Shown here in pieces: positions 1-13,500 of a DNA stretch of 64,000 nt; the first letter of the stretch is position 1; each line of letters begins with the position of its first letter. The notes beneath the pieces are model-generated. The model saw only the letters and a program-made list of their open reading frames with translations. It was not told the origin of the DNA and searched no databases. The stretch spans positions 1,680,757 through 1,744,756 of the forward strand of contig JAAOMT010000134.1 of assembly GCA_016748015.1 (NCBI GenBank), in the 5' to 3' direction. Both the position numbers and the translations under genes were made by a program. This DNA is from Geosiphon pyriformis uo1. Its lineage: Eukaryota; Fungi; Glomeromycota.

Positions 1-1
1 C

Positions 2-3000
2 CATTGCAAGCAGAGATTCAACATCCCAAATGGAATTGAAATTGTTGAAAGAACATTCTACCAATACATTGAAAACTGTATTAACAATTATCTTCTTGGA
101 AATTACAATATTTCAGAAGTGAGAAGCAATCTCTACAATAATCTAGTACACTATTCACAATTGGGAACTGAAGACCTTAACAGTAAAACACTTGCCACCT
201 ACTTTCAAGAACTCAATTACAACATTATTAAGTATTGTGAAGAAAAATACCCAGTACAGTCTAAATACTCTTTTGACTTTGAATCAAAAACAGAAACAGG
301 CAACAAAGGCAAACAAAAAGTGAAACAACACTCAAAAACTGCTCCAAACACTCCAATACTATCAAAAACAACTGCCAAACACTTGCAAACATCTGAACAA
401 GAAACCAGTGTGAAATTACCACTTTCTATCACACCATTTCCAATTTCACTTGCTTGACTACAAACACCAAATTCACTACTTAACTATTTCTCCAGACCAG
501 AAGATTTTCAGTCACCTAGAAATTCTACTCAACAGCAGGAATCTATATCAACAAGCACCAATATTATTGAATACTTGCAGAAAAACGAAAATGATCATTC
601 AGAAAATTTGGAAAGTGAAGAAACTGAATCAGAACAAAGAGAAGCCACAGAAAATGAAGAAGAAATAGCAACTGCTTACATTGCAAAGATTCCAGAATTC
701 ATAAGTGAAGATAATGATACCAGTCCTCAAAAATGGCTTGACAAAGTTCAAAAAGCAGGAAATGCAAATGGTTGAATTGCAACAAGAATGCTTAAAGCAA
801 TTCTCTACTTTTTTCAAGGAACAGCAGAAGAATGGTTTGAAAATTTAGAAGAACCATTTGAAAACTGGCAAGCATTCAAATATGCTTTTCTACAACAATT
901 CACCAACAACAATACCTTTATCATTCTTAGAAACCACTTTCACAATATCAAACAAGAAACATCTGAAACTGTTATGACCTATCTTAGAAGATTTAATAAA
1001 CTTCTCAAATAAATCCAACAATTGGAAACCAATGATTACTATTCTGATGCTCAAATTCTGAATCAGTTTATAGCAAGGTTAAAAGACAAACTGATTAAGA
1101 AAGTCCATCTACATGCTCCAGCAGACTTAGCAACTGCTATTAGACATGCAAAGAGCTATGAAATGGCAATGGAAAAAGCAAATCACACCAAGCTTGTAAA
1201 CTTTGCAATTGAAGAAACCAGCTCAGCAGCTGAAGAAAAGATAGACCAACTCACAAAAAAGATTGAAAGCTACTTCACAAACCAACAACAACAGCAACAA
1301 CAACCACAAAGATATCAACCCCTATAATGACACAATCAAAACAATTTTGGATTACCATCCAACAACCAATCTCAAAATTGTCATTATTGTGGAATTCCAG
1401 AACACTGGAAATGAGATTGTAGAAAATTACAAAGAAACCAACAAAACAGAAGTAATCAATGTTACTCTTCACTACAACAATCTTATTACCAATCTCCACT
1501 ACCAACTTATTATTTACCAAGACCACAAAATCAAAACAGTTACTATTTACCAATTCTACAACCAATGCAGCAACAATATTAGCAACTTTTACCAATTCAG
1601 CCATATCAAACACCACCCACTCAACAATATCAAGTACCAGCAAGAAGATTGGTTCAACATAACCAATCCACACCCCAAAATCAATTGCAGAGTAACAACA
1701 ACAGAATCAATCCAAATAACCAGTTGGTTCTCCAAAATTCTGGTCAGCAAAGACCCAATTACTATCACACTCAACCCAGTTATCTTACAATACCAGAGGA
1801 ATCAAATTTTCTACAAACTGCACTTTCTGAAGGTGAAGTTGAAGCACCAAGATCAAATCCTTCCAACCATACCATTCTACCAGCTCAAATTGCCCAAAAT
1901 GCCAATCTGTGAGATATATTTCTATTTGAATTTGAAGCAAATGAATCATTATTTCTGCTTAGTAATGCAGCAGTCAATGAACAGAAAGCAATTACTGCTA
2001 TGTACACAGAAGCTACAGTGGAAGGAAAACTCGTTCACTTAATCTTAGATAGTGGATTAGCTGGAAGTATCATCACTTACCAGCTGATGCAACAACTTAA
2101 ACGAAACATAGACAAACCAGCTCAAACAGTTATTGTCACAGCTGATGGTATAAAGAAGACTCCAGTAGGAGAAATTGATGATTTCCCCTTTACAATTGAT
2201 GGAATTACCATTTCAGTTAAAGTTCTTGTTATGGATGCACCCCAATACCAAGCTCTAGTCGGAAATAATTGGCTTCTCAAAACCAATGCAAACCTGAACT
2301 GGGAAACTCAAGAACTTAAAATCTCATACCAAGGACAATATACCATAGTACCTGCAATCTGTGGTACCTTTAACAAATGATCAGAAAAAGCTCCAGTATT
2401 TGAATTTGAAGAAGAGAAGGAAATGCCACTCACTGAAACCTACATGGCTCTTGGATCACCATCCAATTGGGCTGAGAAAACAAAACAAGAGATTTTTGAA
2501 GAATCAAGAGGATGGAAGAAAGTTAGATATTCCACACCAGAACCACGAAAAGAACCACCATACATTCCACTAAAATGCAAAGATTGCAAAAAGAAGCTTT
2601 TATCTATGGGAGTCTGTATTTCTCCAGAAGAGGAATACGAAACTCACACTTGTTACTTCTGCAAGGCATGTCATAAAGAACGATTTGGATTCCCAAAAAG
2701 AAGTAGAAAATGGGACAAAACTTCTTGCCTTACTTGTAGAGAAATACTACCAGAAGAATACAATTGGATTGATGTAACAATGAGAGAAGAAGTATGTGAT
2801 TAGACTTGTCAATATGCTCTATCAATTTCAGAAAAAGTCAGAAGAGGAACACCATTTGATGCAATATACAACAGTACTCTCAATAAACTTTACCACTACT
2901 CTCATAATGCTGAAATGATTTTTGACCTAGCAATGGCATTGATCAATGGAGCCACCCAAAAAGATGTCCACCAAATGAAAGAAGCTGAATACATTGAGTA

Positions 3001-5571
3001 TATCATGAAATTAGCTGAATTTGATTATGAAGATAAAGTAGAAACCTACCACTAAATTGCAAGCCACACATATCTGACCAAAGAAACTCAAATTCAATGA
3101 TTAGAGCAAATGAACATTCAATTGTGTGAAAAATGTGTTATGCCTTGTGATGACCAATGGTGTTTAAAATGTTATGCTCTTAGCATTTCTCTGCCAGATG
3201 AGAATAATGAAAATAAAATCGAATTTGGAGTATCTGAACTAGTAGAAAAACTACCAACTACCTCCATCTATCTTCTTGAAAAGCAATTACCTCTATAACT
3301 TAAATATTTCAACAACTATGGCCAAGGAATCAGACCAGAAAAAGCACACGAAATTGATGCTGAATATGATCTAAAATACCCAGAAAAAAATACTTTGGTT
3401 CTCCAACCAAAGTCCTTAACAAAAATCAATCTCAAAATTGCTCTTGAAATTCCACCAGGAGCAATAGTTCAAATTGTCTTCAGATCATCATTGGCAAGCA
3501 AAGGAATCAATATTAGAGAAGGAATTATAGATGCAGGATACACTGGAAACATTACCATCATGTTACAGAATGAGACAAACAAACCATTCAAAATTGAACA
3601 TGCTGAAAAAATTGCTCAAGCAATTTACTTACTCTTAATCAACATTGCAGGTTTACAATTAGTAAACAACAGAGAACAATTGGGAAAAAGTGAAAAAGAA
3701 ACTTAAGGTTTTGGTTCAACTGGACGATTTACAGTTTCAATAAACATAGCTCTTAATACACAAAATAAATCTCACCAGATTCTTCAACTTCCCCAGCCAA
3801 TTACTATTTTATCTTTTGGAAAACATTACGAAATTTACATTTGCTCAAAACCCACCACTACACAACAAATCTTTGAATTCAATGAACAAATCTGTTTAAA
3901 ACATAAAATCTCAATTCCAAATGTTTATATTCCCAAAGGAATGAAAAAATTTTGAGTTATATTCTACAACTCCAATAATTATCTTATTGTCTTATTAAAC
4001 AAACTAGAGATTAGAATCATACACAGCAATATTTTTCAAGATAAAAACCCTTAAATTGTCTCTAATTTCATCGAAATTGTAAGGCACATTCTACTCCCAA
4101 ATCCAAATATCATTCTTACTACTGAAAACTACCACTTTTTGGAAGAAAAACTCTCTCGAATCAACATGGATCCCTTAAAACCTCAACAACAAAGACAATT
4201 AAAACAATTGATAGCTGAATTTGCAGATATATTTGCAAAAGACAACAATAATCTGGGAAAAATGAATATGGTTCAACATCAGATCCATACAGGAGATGCT
4301 CTACCAAAACATTAGCAAGCTTACAGAATGCCACCTGCCAGCCACCAATTCATTAGAGAAGAAGTCCAGAGAATACTCAATAACGGATTGATTTAATCAT
4401 TAAGAAGTCCTTGGGCCTTACCATTAGTCCTTGTCAAAAAAAAAAATAGAAAAATCAGATTTTGTGTTGACTATTGCCAATTGAACAGTATAACAATTGG
4501 AGATGCCTACCCTCTTCCAAGAATTGATGGCATGCTAGATGCTCTAAGAAAAGCCAAGTTCTTCTCAATTTTAGACTTGGAAAGTGGATACTGACAAGTC
4601 GAAATGGACCCAAAAGACCGACCCAAAACAGTATTTACCATCCAAGAAGGAAACTATGAGTTCAATGTTATGCCTTTTGAACTTTGCAATGCACCAGCAA
4701 CATTCCAGTGACTCATGGATGTTGTATATGAAGAACTCTTGTGACAATCAGTAGTTGTCTATCTTGATAACACTGATGTATATTCACCAAGCTTTGAGAC
4801 TCATCTTATCCACCTGCAAGAAGTTTTTCAATGATTATGGAAAGCAAAATTGAAGTTAAATATTGAAAAATGTTACTTTGGAAAAACAAGCTTAATCTTC
4901 CTCAGACATATTGTTAACAAAGATGGAGTCAAACCAAATTCTAGAACAATCAGTGCTGTCAAAAACTTTCAAACTCCCAGAAATACCACAGAACTACAAG
5001 GATTTGTAGGATTAGCCTCTTACTATCGAAAATTTATAAAAAGATCTCAAAAATTGCCAAACCACTCAATTATCTTATCAACAAAAACATACCATATAAA
5101 TAAACTGAAGAACAACAAAAAGCTTTTGAAACTCTCAAAACAAAATTGACAACAGCCCCATTTCTTGCTTATCCAGACTTCAATAAACAATTCCAATTAG
5201 CCACTAATGCTTCACACATAGTATTTGGTGCCATCTTATCACAATTGGATGAAAATGGCCAGGAACAAGTTATCACCTATGTCAGCAGAACACTCAAGCC
5301 AACAGAACCCAAATATAGCTCAACTGAATTAGAAGCTGCTGCAGTCATCTGAGCTCTCAAACACTTTCAACAATACCTGAAGAATGGAAAAGAATTTGAC
5401 ATAATAACTGACAATATTGGCCTCAAATGGCTTAATAAAAAGAAAACTAAACAAAGTGCTAAACAGTCTCAATGGAATGACTTTTTAGCAGACTACAGAT
5501 ACATTGTACATCACAAACCAGGAAAACTACACACCAATGTTGATAGCCTTTCAAGAATAAGACAATATTAA
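2..5571 (+). pseudogene. E1 polyprotein ORF0-Gag-PR-Cys-rich-dUTPase-RT-RNase H (degenerate)
   Basis: ORF fragments starting at 119, 575, 788, 1022, 1649, 2000, 2423, 3110, 3395 and 4850 share one frame, broken by point stops. CCHC knuckle CHYCGIPEHWK.DC at ~1378-1420. RT motifs FCVDY/MPF/VVYLD. RNase H fragment at 5146 follows a frameshift near 5040. Ends NVDSLSRIRQY*. Confidence 0.9.
3340..3730 (+). pseudogene. dUTPase domain of E1
   Basis: Trimeric dUTPase motifs: HEIDAEYDL, RSSLASKG, GIIDAGYTGNI, KIAQAIY, GFGSTG. Confidence 0.9.
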
Positions 5572-5638
5572 TACCAACATCAACACCAACAAAACACCAA
5601 CAAACTTAACAGCAAAACAAACAACAAAATCAACAACA

Positions 5639-7010
5639 ATGGATCCAGAAAACTACAACAACATCAAAAACTATTTGGAGACTCTCACCATGCTAGAAAA
5701 TTGGTTTCCAAGTGAAAAACATCAATTACAACACCAATCCAAACAATATTTTATACACCACAACAAAATCTATTACAAAAATCGTAAAAACCCAAACCAA
5801 CCACTCAGATTAGTACAGGAAAATGAAAAAGAAACAATTCTATATAACATGCACACAGATTCTTCTTCAGCACACTTGGGAAGAGATGGAACAATTCAAA
5901 AAACTCTTGAACATTATTTTTGGCTTCACATGCAAAAAGACATTTGACAATATATAGAATCTTGTGATAGTTGTCAAAGAAGAGAAGGAACTCGCTCTAC
6001 AGAACCTTTAAATCCAATCAAAGTTGGACAACCTTTTGACAGAGTTGGAATTGATTTAGTTGGACCATTACCTATTACAACCCAAGGAAATCGTTATATT
6101 GCAGTTGCAGTGGATTATCTTACCAAATGGCTTAAAGCTAGAGTCATCCAAAGAGCAGATACAAAATCAGTAACAAATTTCATCTATGAAGACATTATTT
6201 GTAGACATAGATGTCCAATTGAACTCTTATCTGATCAAGGAACACATTTTGTGAACAACTTGATACAAGAAATTTGTGAACAATTCAATGTCAAAAGACC
6301 TCTATTATCACCTTATTACTTTCAAACAAATAAACTTGTAGAATGTTTCAACAGAATATTGTGTGAATCTCTAGCCAAAGTCTCAACAGACTTTGAATAG
6401 GAATGGAATATCTTTATTCCATTAGTGTTACTAGCATACAGAATACTAAAACAAGATACTATGAAACACACACCATTTGATCTTACTTATGGAAAGACAG
6501 CAATATTACCAATTAATTTTACAGTGGAAACATATTCTGTGCAACCAATTAATGAAGAGAACTTGCAAAAAACACTCCAAAAAAGGGCCTACACTCTTCT
6601 TAGTACACTGGAAGGAAAAAGAAGAATAGCAGCAACTCATATTGAACATTCCCAAGCTTAACAAAAAAAAAGACATGACAACAAATTACCACCCATAACC
6701 AATGAATTTAAAATAGGAAATAAAGTTCTCTTACACAGAACTAAGGCTGAAAAACAATGGAATGGGAAATTTGAAAACAAATGGGATGGACCATTTTATA
6801 TTCATGAAATTTTAAACAATGGATCATACAAGTTAAGACTTAATGACAAAGTACTAGCAAAAGTTGCACATAGAAATAGATTAAAACACTATCATTCCAA
6901 AAACAATCCTGAACCATTAATTTCACAAATTGGTACACATTTTCCTTTAATTAATCTTGAAGATATTCCTCAAAATTTAGAACCAATAATTATAATAGAA
7001 CAACAACCAA
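5639..7010 (+). pseudogene. E1 integrase, separate ORF
   Basis: Own ATG at 5639. HHCC (MHTDSSSAHLG...CDSCQ), DDE core (GIDLVGPL, LSDQGTHF), C-terminal KWDGPFYI..NGSYKL. No chromodomain seen. End approximate. Confidence 0.9.
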
Positions 7011-7178
7011 AACTTAAACACTTAATTCAACATAATTTTACAATAATTTTTAATAACACACAAAAGACAAAAATAATAAATAATTACAAAACACCCAAAA
7101 CCCAAAAACAAATAAAACCCCAGACCCAAAAAAATATTTTTCTTTATTGTCTCTTTTCACTAATTAGTCAATTTTATC

Positions 7179-7886
7179 ATGATTATTCCCCGAAATATTC
7201 AACAAATATCCCAAAAATTAATGTTAGCCTTAAAAACACTTCTTGACTTATTCATAACAATTAATGAAAGTCAAATCAATTACATTCAGAAAGAAACCAC
7301 AGCCCCAGTAATAAATAATTCTCAGAACTATTACTTCTATAGAAGAAAAACAAGAAGTCACTTTGAGAATAAGTTACCAAAACTTTTGAAGCAGGCACTA
7401 AAAGAAAACTTTTTATCTGCCCCTATTAAGATTTCACCAAATGCCACAATATAACAAAAATTTCTACTATTACTTAATAAACAGAACAATGAACATATCC
7501 TTATATTTAAATATTTCTGCATTAGAAAAACACTTTATGAACAAAAACTAGAACTTGAAGCAACAAATACCACCCCAGAAGCCATACAAAAACAAATTTA
7601 CAATGAATTCAAGACAGCAGCTGGATCAACAAACACTTGCTACAAACTTAGAGCAGCTTTTAGACTCTATAACTTGTTTAATACTTGTGAAAATGTTCTA
7701 CAAAGCCCAATACTTTAACCATTAAAAATACAATACATTGGAAAGCTCACAAAACTGAAATTTCAACAATTTTCAGAGCAAATCACTTCAATCATCTTGG
7801 ACCACTATCTTGACATTACAGATAGTGCTTGGACTTTAATGGAGCTTAGTCTTAAGAAGGAGGTTATGTTATCAGTAGAATTTTAG
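7179..7886 (+). pseudogene. E1 accessory ORF3 (env position, unknown function)
   Basis: ATG-initiated ~235-codon frame with two internal stops, lying between IN and the LTR. N- and C-terminal motifs resemble ORF3 of E3-E6. Confidence 0.7.
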
Positions 7887-8069
7887 CTATTAATTAGCAT
7901 GAAATTATTCTTATAATTCCTATCAGTAATTAACATGTTAATATCAATCCAAATTATCACTTATTATTTAATCAATTTATTACATATCATGATTCAATTA
8001 ATAATCTAATTAGTACAACAGAAAGTAAGATGATCAAATTACACAATACTCTGAACTTTGTAACATTCT

Positions 8070-8147
8070 AAAATTCGCCGAAATTTACAGAAATTCGCCG
8101 AAATTTATATGAAATTCGCCGAAATTTATAGAAATTCGCCGAAATTA
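8070..8147 (+). repeat. Tandem repeat, 4 x ~20 bp (GAAATTCGCCGAAATTTAYA), in E1 LTR U3
   Basis: Directly visible. Confidence 0.95.
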
Positions 8148-8170
8148 TGAATAGTTCATCCAAATTAATC

Positions 8171-8190
8171 NNNNNNNNNNNNNNNNNNNN
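8171..8190. other. Assembly gap (20 N)
   Basis: Run of N. Confidence 1.
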
Positions 8191-8872
8191 CTCTTTTTTT
8201 CTTATTACAATCATTAGAGTAGCCTACAGACAAGATTCTTGTAAAAGAGTTGACTTTCACAGCAAAATAACTACACATTTTTAGTGAGCTTCCAGACAAG
8301 CAATTCCTGGGAAAGAGTTGATGTTTACTATAATGTAACTACATAAAGTAACTGGCAAGGAATTGGCTATTCCACTTATAAGCCTAGCAGTTCAAATTAT
8401 AAAAGATAATTTAAAGATAAATTCAGTTATTGAAGGTTCAACTACTTCTAAAAAACGTGAATTTGCAACCAACAAACAGTTACAACATTCAAGAAAAGAG
8501 ACCAAAAACCTTTGGTAACAACGTGATAGGAAATCTTTGTTTGGTGTATTTTTCAATTTCTCTGTTTATTTTTGTAATTAGGGGTGCAAATAGGTAGTTT
8601 TGTGGAAGGGTGGTGCTTTGGAGCAATTCACTGAAAAAGTTGTTGAAGGCAGATTCTGGATCTCCTTGGTTTCTTAAATGGTATACAATTCTCTCATTAA
8701 TGTAGCAATTAAAAGCTGATTTCATTGGCCAACTATTATTTGTTAATCCGAGATGGATGTGATAATGTTGGAATAAGGATTTTGCAAATCCCAAATGGTT
8801 TGTTCCTATTTCTTCAGATTCTGCCACTGTTTGGATGGAGTTTGTTGGTGCTGGTTCTCTGTAGAATTATAT

Positions 8873-8890
8873 CTCACAGAGAGCACCAAA
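8873..8890 (-). promoter_or_regulatory. Primer-binding site of E2
   Basis: tt-TGGTGCTCTCTGTGAG immediately after the LTR; complementary to a tRNA 3' end (CCA). tRNA identity not determined. Confidence 0.8.
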
Positions 8891-9721
8891 TGTTACAAGT
8901 AATTATTTGGAGTCTCAAGTCAAATAACAAACCCATAACTTGGTGTTGATTGGTATTTTCTGGTGTTGATATTTGAAGGTTTTGGTGTAGAGTTCTTTGT
9001 ATAATAAACAGAGATTTAATAGTTGTGTTATCCATAGCTTCCCAAAACTGCAGTTTTGTCAATTTCTTTCTCAGTATAATGACTGGTATTTCTTCTGGTA
9101 AGCTATCCTTAATTGAGTGTTCTACCCTTATTTCTGGGTCTTTTTCCAGTCACTTTGATGTCAGTAACTCTGTGCATTATTTTTTTTAATCAATTAGTAC
9201 ACAAAAATAAAACCAAAGAAAAGAAATAAAGAAAATAAAATAAAAAAATAAGCCAAGGCAATTTGCAAGTTAATATCTTGTCAATAGCCATGATCAAGAG
9301 CTATTGTTCCAGTGTGGTTAAGTATTAATTGCTATCAACATGAGATGTTGATAGTGATGAGTGAAATTGAGATAAAAATTAATTATTTATTGATAGTTGT
9401 AAATAAAAGATTGCTTAAATTAAATCTAAACTGGGTGGTCTGTCTTTTCTACTTTTAATACTACCACTATATCTACATAATTAAGATTCCTCAATTCCTT
9501 AATTTTTCACACCAGGAATTCTGGAATTTCTGAAATTCTGCAATTTTTTTTGAGAAGAATCCTGAAATTCTGGAATCCTGCAATTTCTTGTATGAGAATC
9601 TTGAAATTCTTGGAATTCTGCAATTCCTCTTGAAAGAAATCCTGGAATTCTATATTTACTATGACTACTTTTAATTGGCTAATTTATATGCTAATATACT
9701 TCCTATATTTTATGAGTAATA
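8891..9721 (-). repeat. E2 5' LTR (GGAATTC-type U3)
   Basis: Minus-strand ends tattactcata...tgtaaca, followed by the PBS. Confidence 0.88.
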
Positions 9722-10439
9722 TTGTATAAAAAATTACAGGATTCTAGAATTTCAGAATTCCTCTCAAAAAAATTGCAGAATTCCAGGAATCCCAGAATTC
9801 CTGATATAAAGAATTGAGGAATTGAGGAATCTCAATTATGTATATATATTGGTAGCATTAAAAGTAGAAAAAGACAAATCTCTTAGTTTAGATTTGATCC
9901 AAGTAACCTTCTATTCACAAATATCAATAAATAAATATTCACTATCTTAATCCACTCTCCACTATTAACACTTTATGTTGATAGTAATTGATACTTAACC
10001 ACACTAAAACAATAGCTCTTGATCACAGCTGTTAATGGGATACTAATGTGCAAATCATCTTGGCTTATTTTTTTTATTTTCTTTTTTTGTTTTATTTTCT
10101 TTATTATTGGTTAACTTGATTAAAAAGATTTACACACAGAGGTACTAATGTCAGAATATAGTACTGATAAAAGACCCAGAAATAAGAGTAGACACTCAGA
10201 ATTGAGGATATCTTACCAGAAGAATTACCAGCCATCATGCTGAAAAAAAAATTGATGAAACTGCAGTTTCGGGAAGCTACAGATAAAATTATCAATTGAA
10301 TTTCTGTCTATTATATAAAGAACCTAACAAAAACCTTCAGAAAAACACACTTTCAGATATCCTTAAACATTTAAATCAATTGAGCACCAAGTTACAAGTT
10401 TGTTATTTGTATTAAAACCCCAAACAATTATCTGTAACA
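9722..10439 (+). repeat. E3 5' LTR (3' part; start displaced by the E2 insertion)
   Basis: Collinear with 38719-39439; ends tctgtaaca before the PBS. Confidence 0.9.
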
Positions 10440-10458
10440 TTTGGTGCTCTTTGTAAGG
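10440..10458 (+). promoter_or_regulatory. Primer-binding site of E3
   Basis: tttggtgctctttgtaagg after the LTR. Confidence 0.8.
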
Positions 10459-10504
10459 TATAATCCAACAAAAAACCAGCACCAACAAACAACCAGCCAA
10501 AACA

Positions 10505-13500
10505 GTGGCAGAATCTGAAGAAACAGGAACAAACCACTTGGAATTTGCAAAATTCCTATTCCAACACTATCACACCTATTTTGAATTAACAAATAATAGT
10601 TGGCCAACAGAATCAGCTTTTAACTGTTATATTAACAAGAAAATAGTTTATTATTTAGGAGGCCAAGAAGATCCAGAATTCACCTTCAACAATTTTTTCA
10701 GCAAACTACTACAAAGCATCACTTTTTTACAAAACTACTTATTTGCACCCCTAATCACAGAAATAAACAAAAAAATTGAAAAATACACCAAACAAAGATT
10801 TTCCTATCACTTTTGCTGACAAAGGAAAAAGAAGGTTACAAACACCAGCAGGAATGCCAAAACAAATTCAACCACCCACTTGGAAGAAACAAAAATTTGA
10901 TTCATCTGCTAATTCATCATATCACCACACACCCAGAAGTACTATCAATATAATAAACACAGTTACAGCAAGTGTAACAACATCACTGAATAGAATTCTA
11001 TTTCAAAGTAAACAAAAGAGAGCAGAGTTATTAGGAACATACAGTGATTATTTTAAAAAATTTAAATCGCAATCTCCAATACCATCAGGAATTTGATCAC
11101 TACCACCACAGCCAGATTTTGGAGCTGTTAGTCCTTGGGAAATAACTGATTCCAAGGAAAAGAAAAGTAATGATCAAGAAATCAGCAAGCAAAATCCAAT
11201 TCAACAAAATTCAGAAAATCAAACCCCAAATATTCAAACTCTGAAAAATCAGAACAATCTAAACCCTGGCCCAATTAATCAGCAAAACTTATCTTCAATA
11301 ATTGAGATTAATTTATTACTTATTCTACTAATTACTGAACAACAACAACAGCCACAACCAGTATCCCAACAACAATTTCAGCAGCAACCATAACAACAAC
11401 CACAACAACAAATGGCCTATGCTCCAATTGCAAAAATAGAAAAATTTACTGGCAAAGAGGATGACATCCAAGTATGACTTAATAATATAGAAAAAGCCAT
11501 TGCAGCCAATAGATGGAACAACAACAGAGTCCTTTAAGCAATCTTCTATTTTTTCCAAAATACTACTGACTTGTGGTATTAAAGTTTAGCTGCCAAACTG
11601 CAAATGTTCTAGGAATTTAAAATGGCATTCTTGGAATATTTCAGTAATAATAACAGTATTAATCATCTAGCCAACATCTTTACTACAATCAAATAGGAAG
11701 AAACTGAAGCAGTTACCACTTACTTGAAACACTTTCACAAGAACTTATGCCAAATTCAAGCAATCCAAGCTAACTATTTTACAACACCACAGATTCTGAA
11801 CCAGTTTATCTGTGGTCTGTACAGTAGCTTTCTTCAACACATATGACCATTACATCCAGCAACACTTCAAAATGCAGTCACACAGACCAGAGATTTTAAG
11901 TCAACTGAATTAGAGGCTAACCACACCCAAGCCATCAACTTAGTCATGAATAGATCATCTGATTTGAATTCCAAATTGAAACAACTCAGTAATTCAATTA
12001 ATCAGAAATTAGAAGAATACTTAGCTGACAATTATGCAATTTATTAGCCACTGCAAAGATGCAATAATTCCAGAAATGTGAATCATTCCTAAAATCAGTC
12101 ATGTTCTTTGTTATTATTCAATTAGTAGTGGCAGCAAGAGATGTGTATCTGTCATAATTATGGTAAACAAGACCATTTGAAAATTGACTCTCATTTTATA
12201 ATAATAATTCATGATCAGAAAATCAATATCAAAACCCTGATTGCAGGTTTCAAGCTCTGAATTAACACCCAAATTAAGACCAATACTCACCTCATTACAC
12301 CCAAATAACACAACAGCCAATTTATCAACCATCTGTATATTAAGCTCCAATTTATCAGCTAACAACACCCATCATTTATCAACTACAGTCTCAACCTATC
12401 TATTAGCCACAGCCTCAAATAATATATTAACCCCAACTAATTCTAACATTACCAGTAAACTTAGCTTAAATAACATCAGAGAATCTTAGATCAAAAATTA
12501 CCCAAAACTGGAAATCAGCAATAGTAGTTCATCAACCAATCCCCAGTTCTTCAACTCAACCATCAAGATCATGCCAATGAAGTTCAGAAACCAGGTACAC
12601 TCAAAATCTGAGTTCTCAGAACTATTTAAGTCTCCTGGTAACTCCAGAAGATGCCACATCCAAAAACCTGGAAATCCACCAAACACAACCACTTACCACC
12701 AACAACATTTTACCAGCCACTATTATAGAAGATGAGTCATTTGCAGCTATATTTCCTTTTGAAAGTAAAGAACTGTCAGAAACATCTTTGTTTAATGAAG
12801 TCACACTTGAAGAAAAATTTATTACGGTAATGTACACTGATGCCAAAATTAATGGCCATTCCATCAAACTGATCCTAGATAGTGGATTAGCTGACAGTAT
12901 TATCACAAGACAGTTTATGGACCAATTAGGTTGCTGAGTTGATTGAGCTACCAGTGCCAAGATAATTACAGCTAATAGAGCCACCAAGACTCCAATTGGT
13001 AAAATAGATGACCTATTCATCAAAGTCAACAGTATCATTGTACCAATCAAAGTATTAGTTATGAAAGCCACTCAATATCAAGTGCTTATTGGCAATGACT
13101 GGTTGTCCAAAACCAACATGATGTTCGATTGAAACACCCAAGAGCTTCAGCTTAGCCAGAACAGTTAACACACATGGATACCAGCTATGTGTGGCTACTT
13201 CAAGCCTATTACCATGCCATCAGCACCACTCATTGAGTTTGAAGAAGAAAAAAAAAAACCTACTTGGGAAGCATATCAAGTTTCCTGGGCCAACACAGAA
13301 CACAACAAGTTACTACTAGTACTTTTCTGGGATGACAAAAAAAAAGGAAAGAAAAAAGACATACTTGAAGAAACAACCATCACAGAAAAAATAACTAGTG
13401 GCTGGAAAAAAAAATACTCACATGAATCAATAAAAGAGCCATCATATATATCTCTTAAATACAAGAACTGTAAAAAAAAACTTTCCTCCATGGGAGCTTG

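Larger units (their letters stand above)
1..8520 (+). mobile_element. E1: Ty3/Gypsy LTR retrotransposon, family A (5' part upstream of window), inserted into E2
   Basis: Gag, PR (LILDSG), dUTPase, RT, RNase H and IN motifs in Gypsy order. PPT aagaaggaggtta, then a 3' LTR TGTTATCA...TGGTAACA ending at 8520, where E2 sequence begins abruptly. Confidence 0.93.
7867..8520 (+). repeat. E1 3' LTR (contains assembly gap)
   Basis: Follows the PPT; terminal inverted ends TGTTATCA/TGGTAACA. Confidence 0.85.
8521..9721 (-). mobile_element. E2: family B LTR element, 5' portion only (5' LTR, PBS, start of ORF0), interrupted by E1 and inserted into the E3 5' LTR
   Basis: ORF0 fragment VAESEEIGTNHLGFAKSLFQHY... 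is cut at QRFPIT by the E1 LTR. LTR 8891-9721 is homologous to the E3/E6 LTRs in reverse orientation. Confidence 0.88.

Noticed and set aside
1263-2042. 259-aa alternative-frame ORF and the many short antisense ORFs over the TEs
   Set aside because: Shadows of the biased codon usage in the real frame; no motifs and not conserved between copies.
8070-8147. Short regularly spaced repeats (also the U3 arrays) resembling CRISPR or msDNA-type repeats
   Set aside because: No unique spacers and no cas genes; eukaryotic LTR context.
8874-9150. Open frame in the LTR U5 (..LTKLQFWEA..IITCNIWCSL) that is in frame with ORF0
   Set aside because: Indels break this frame in other LTR copies (e.g. both E4 LTRs), and a stop lies within the PBS in all copies. 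More likely structural RNA than coding.
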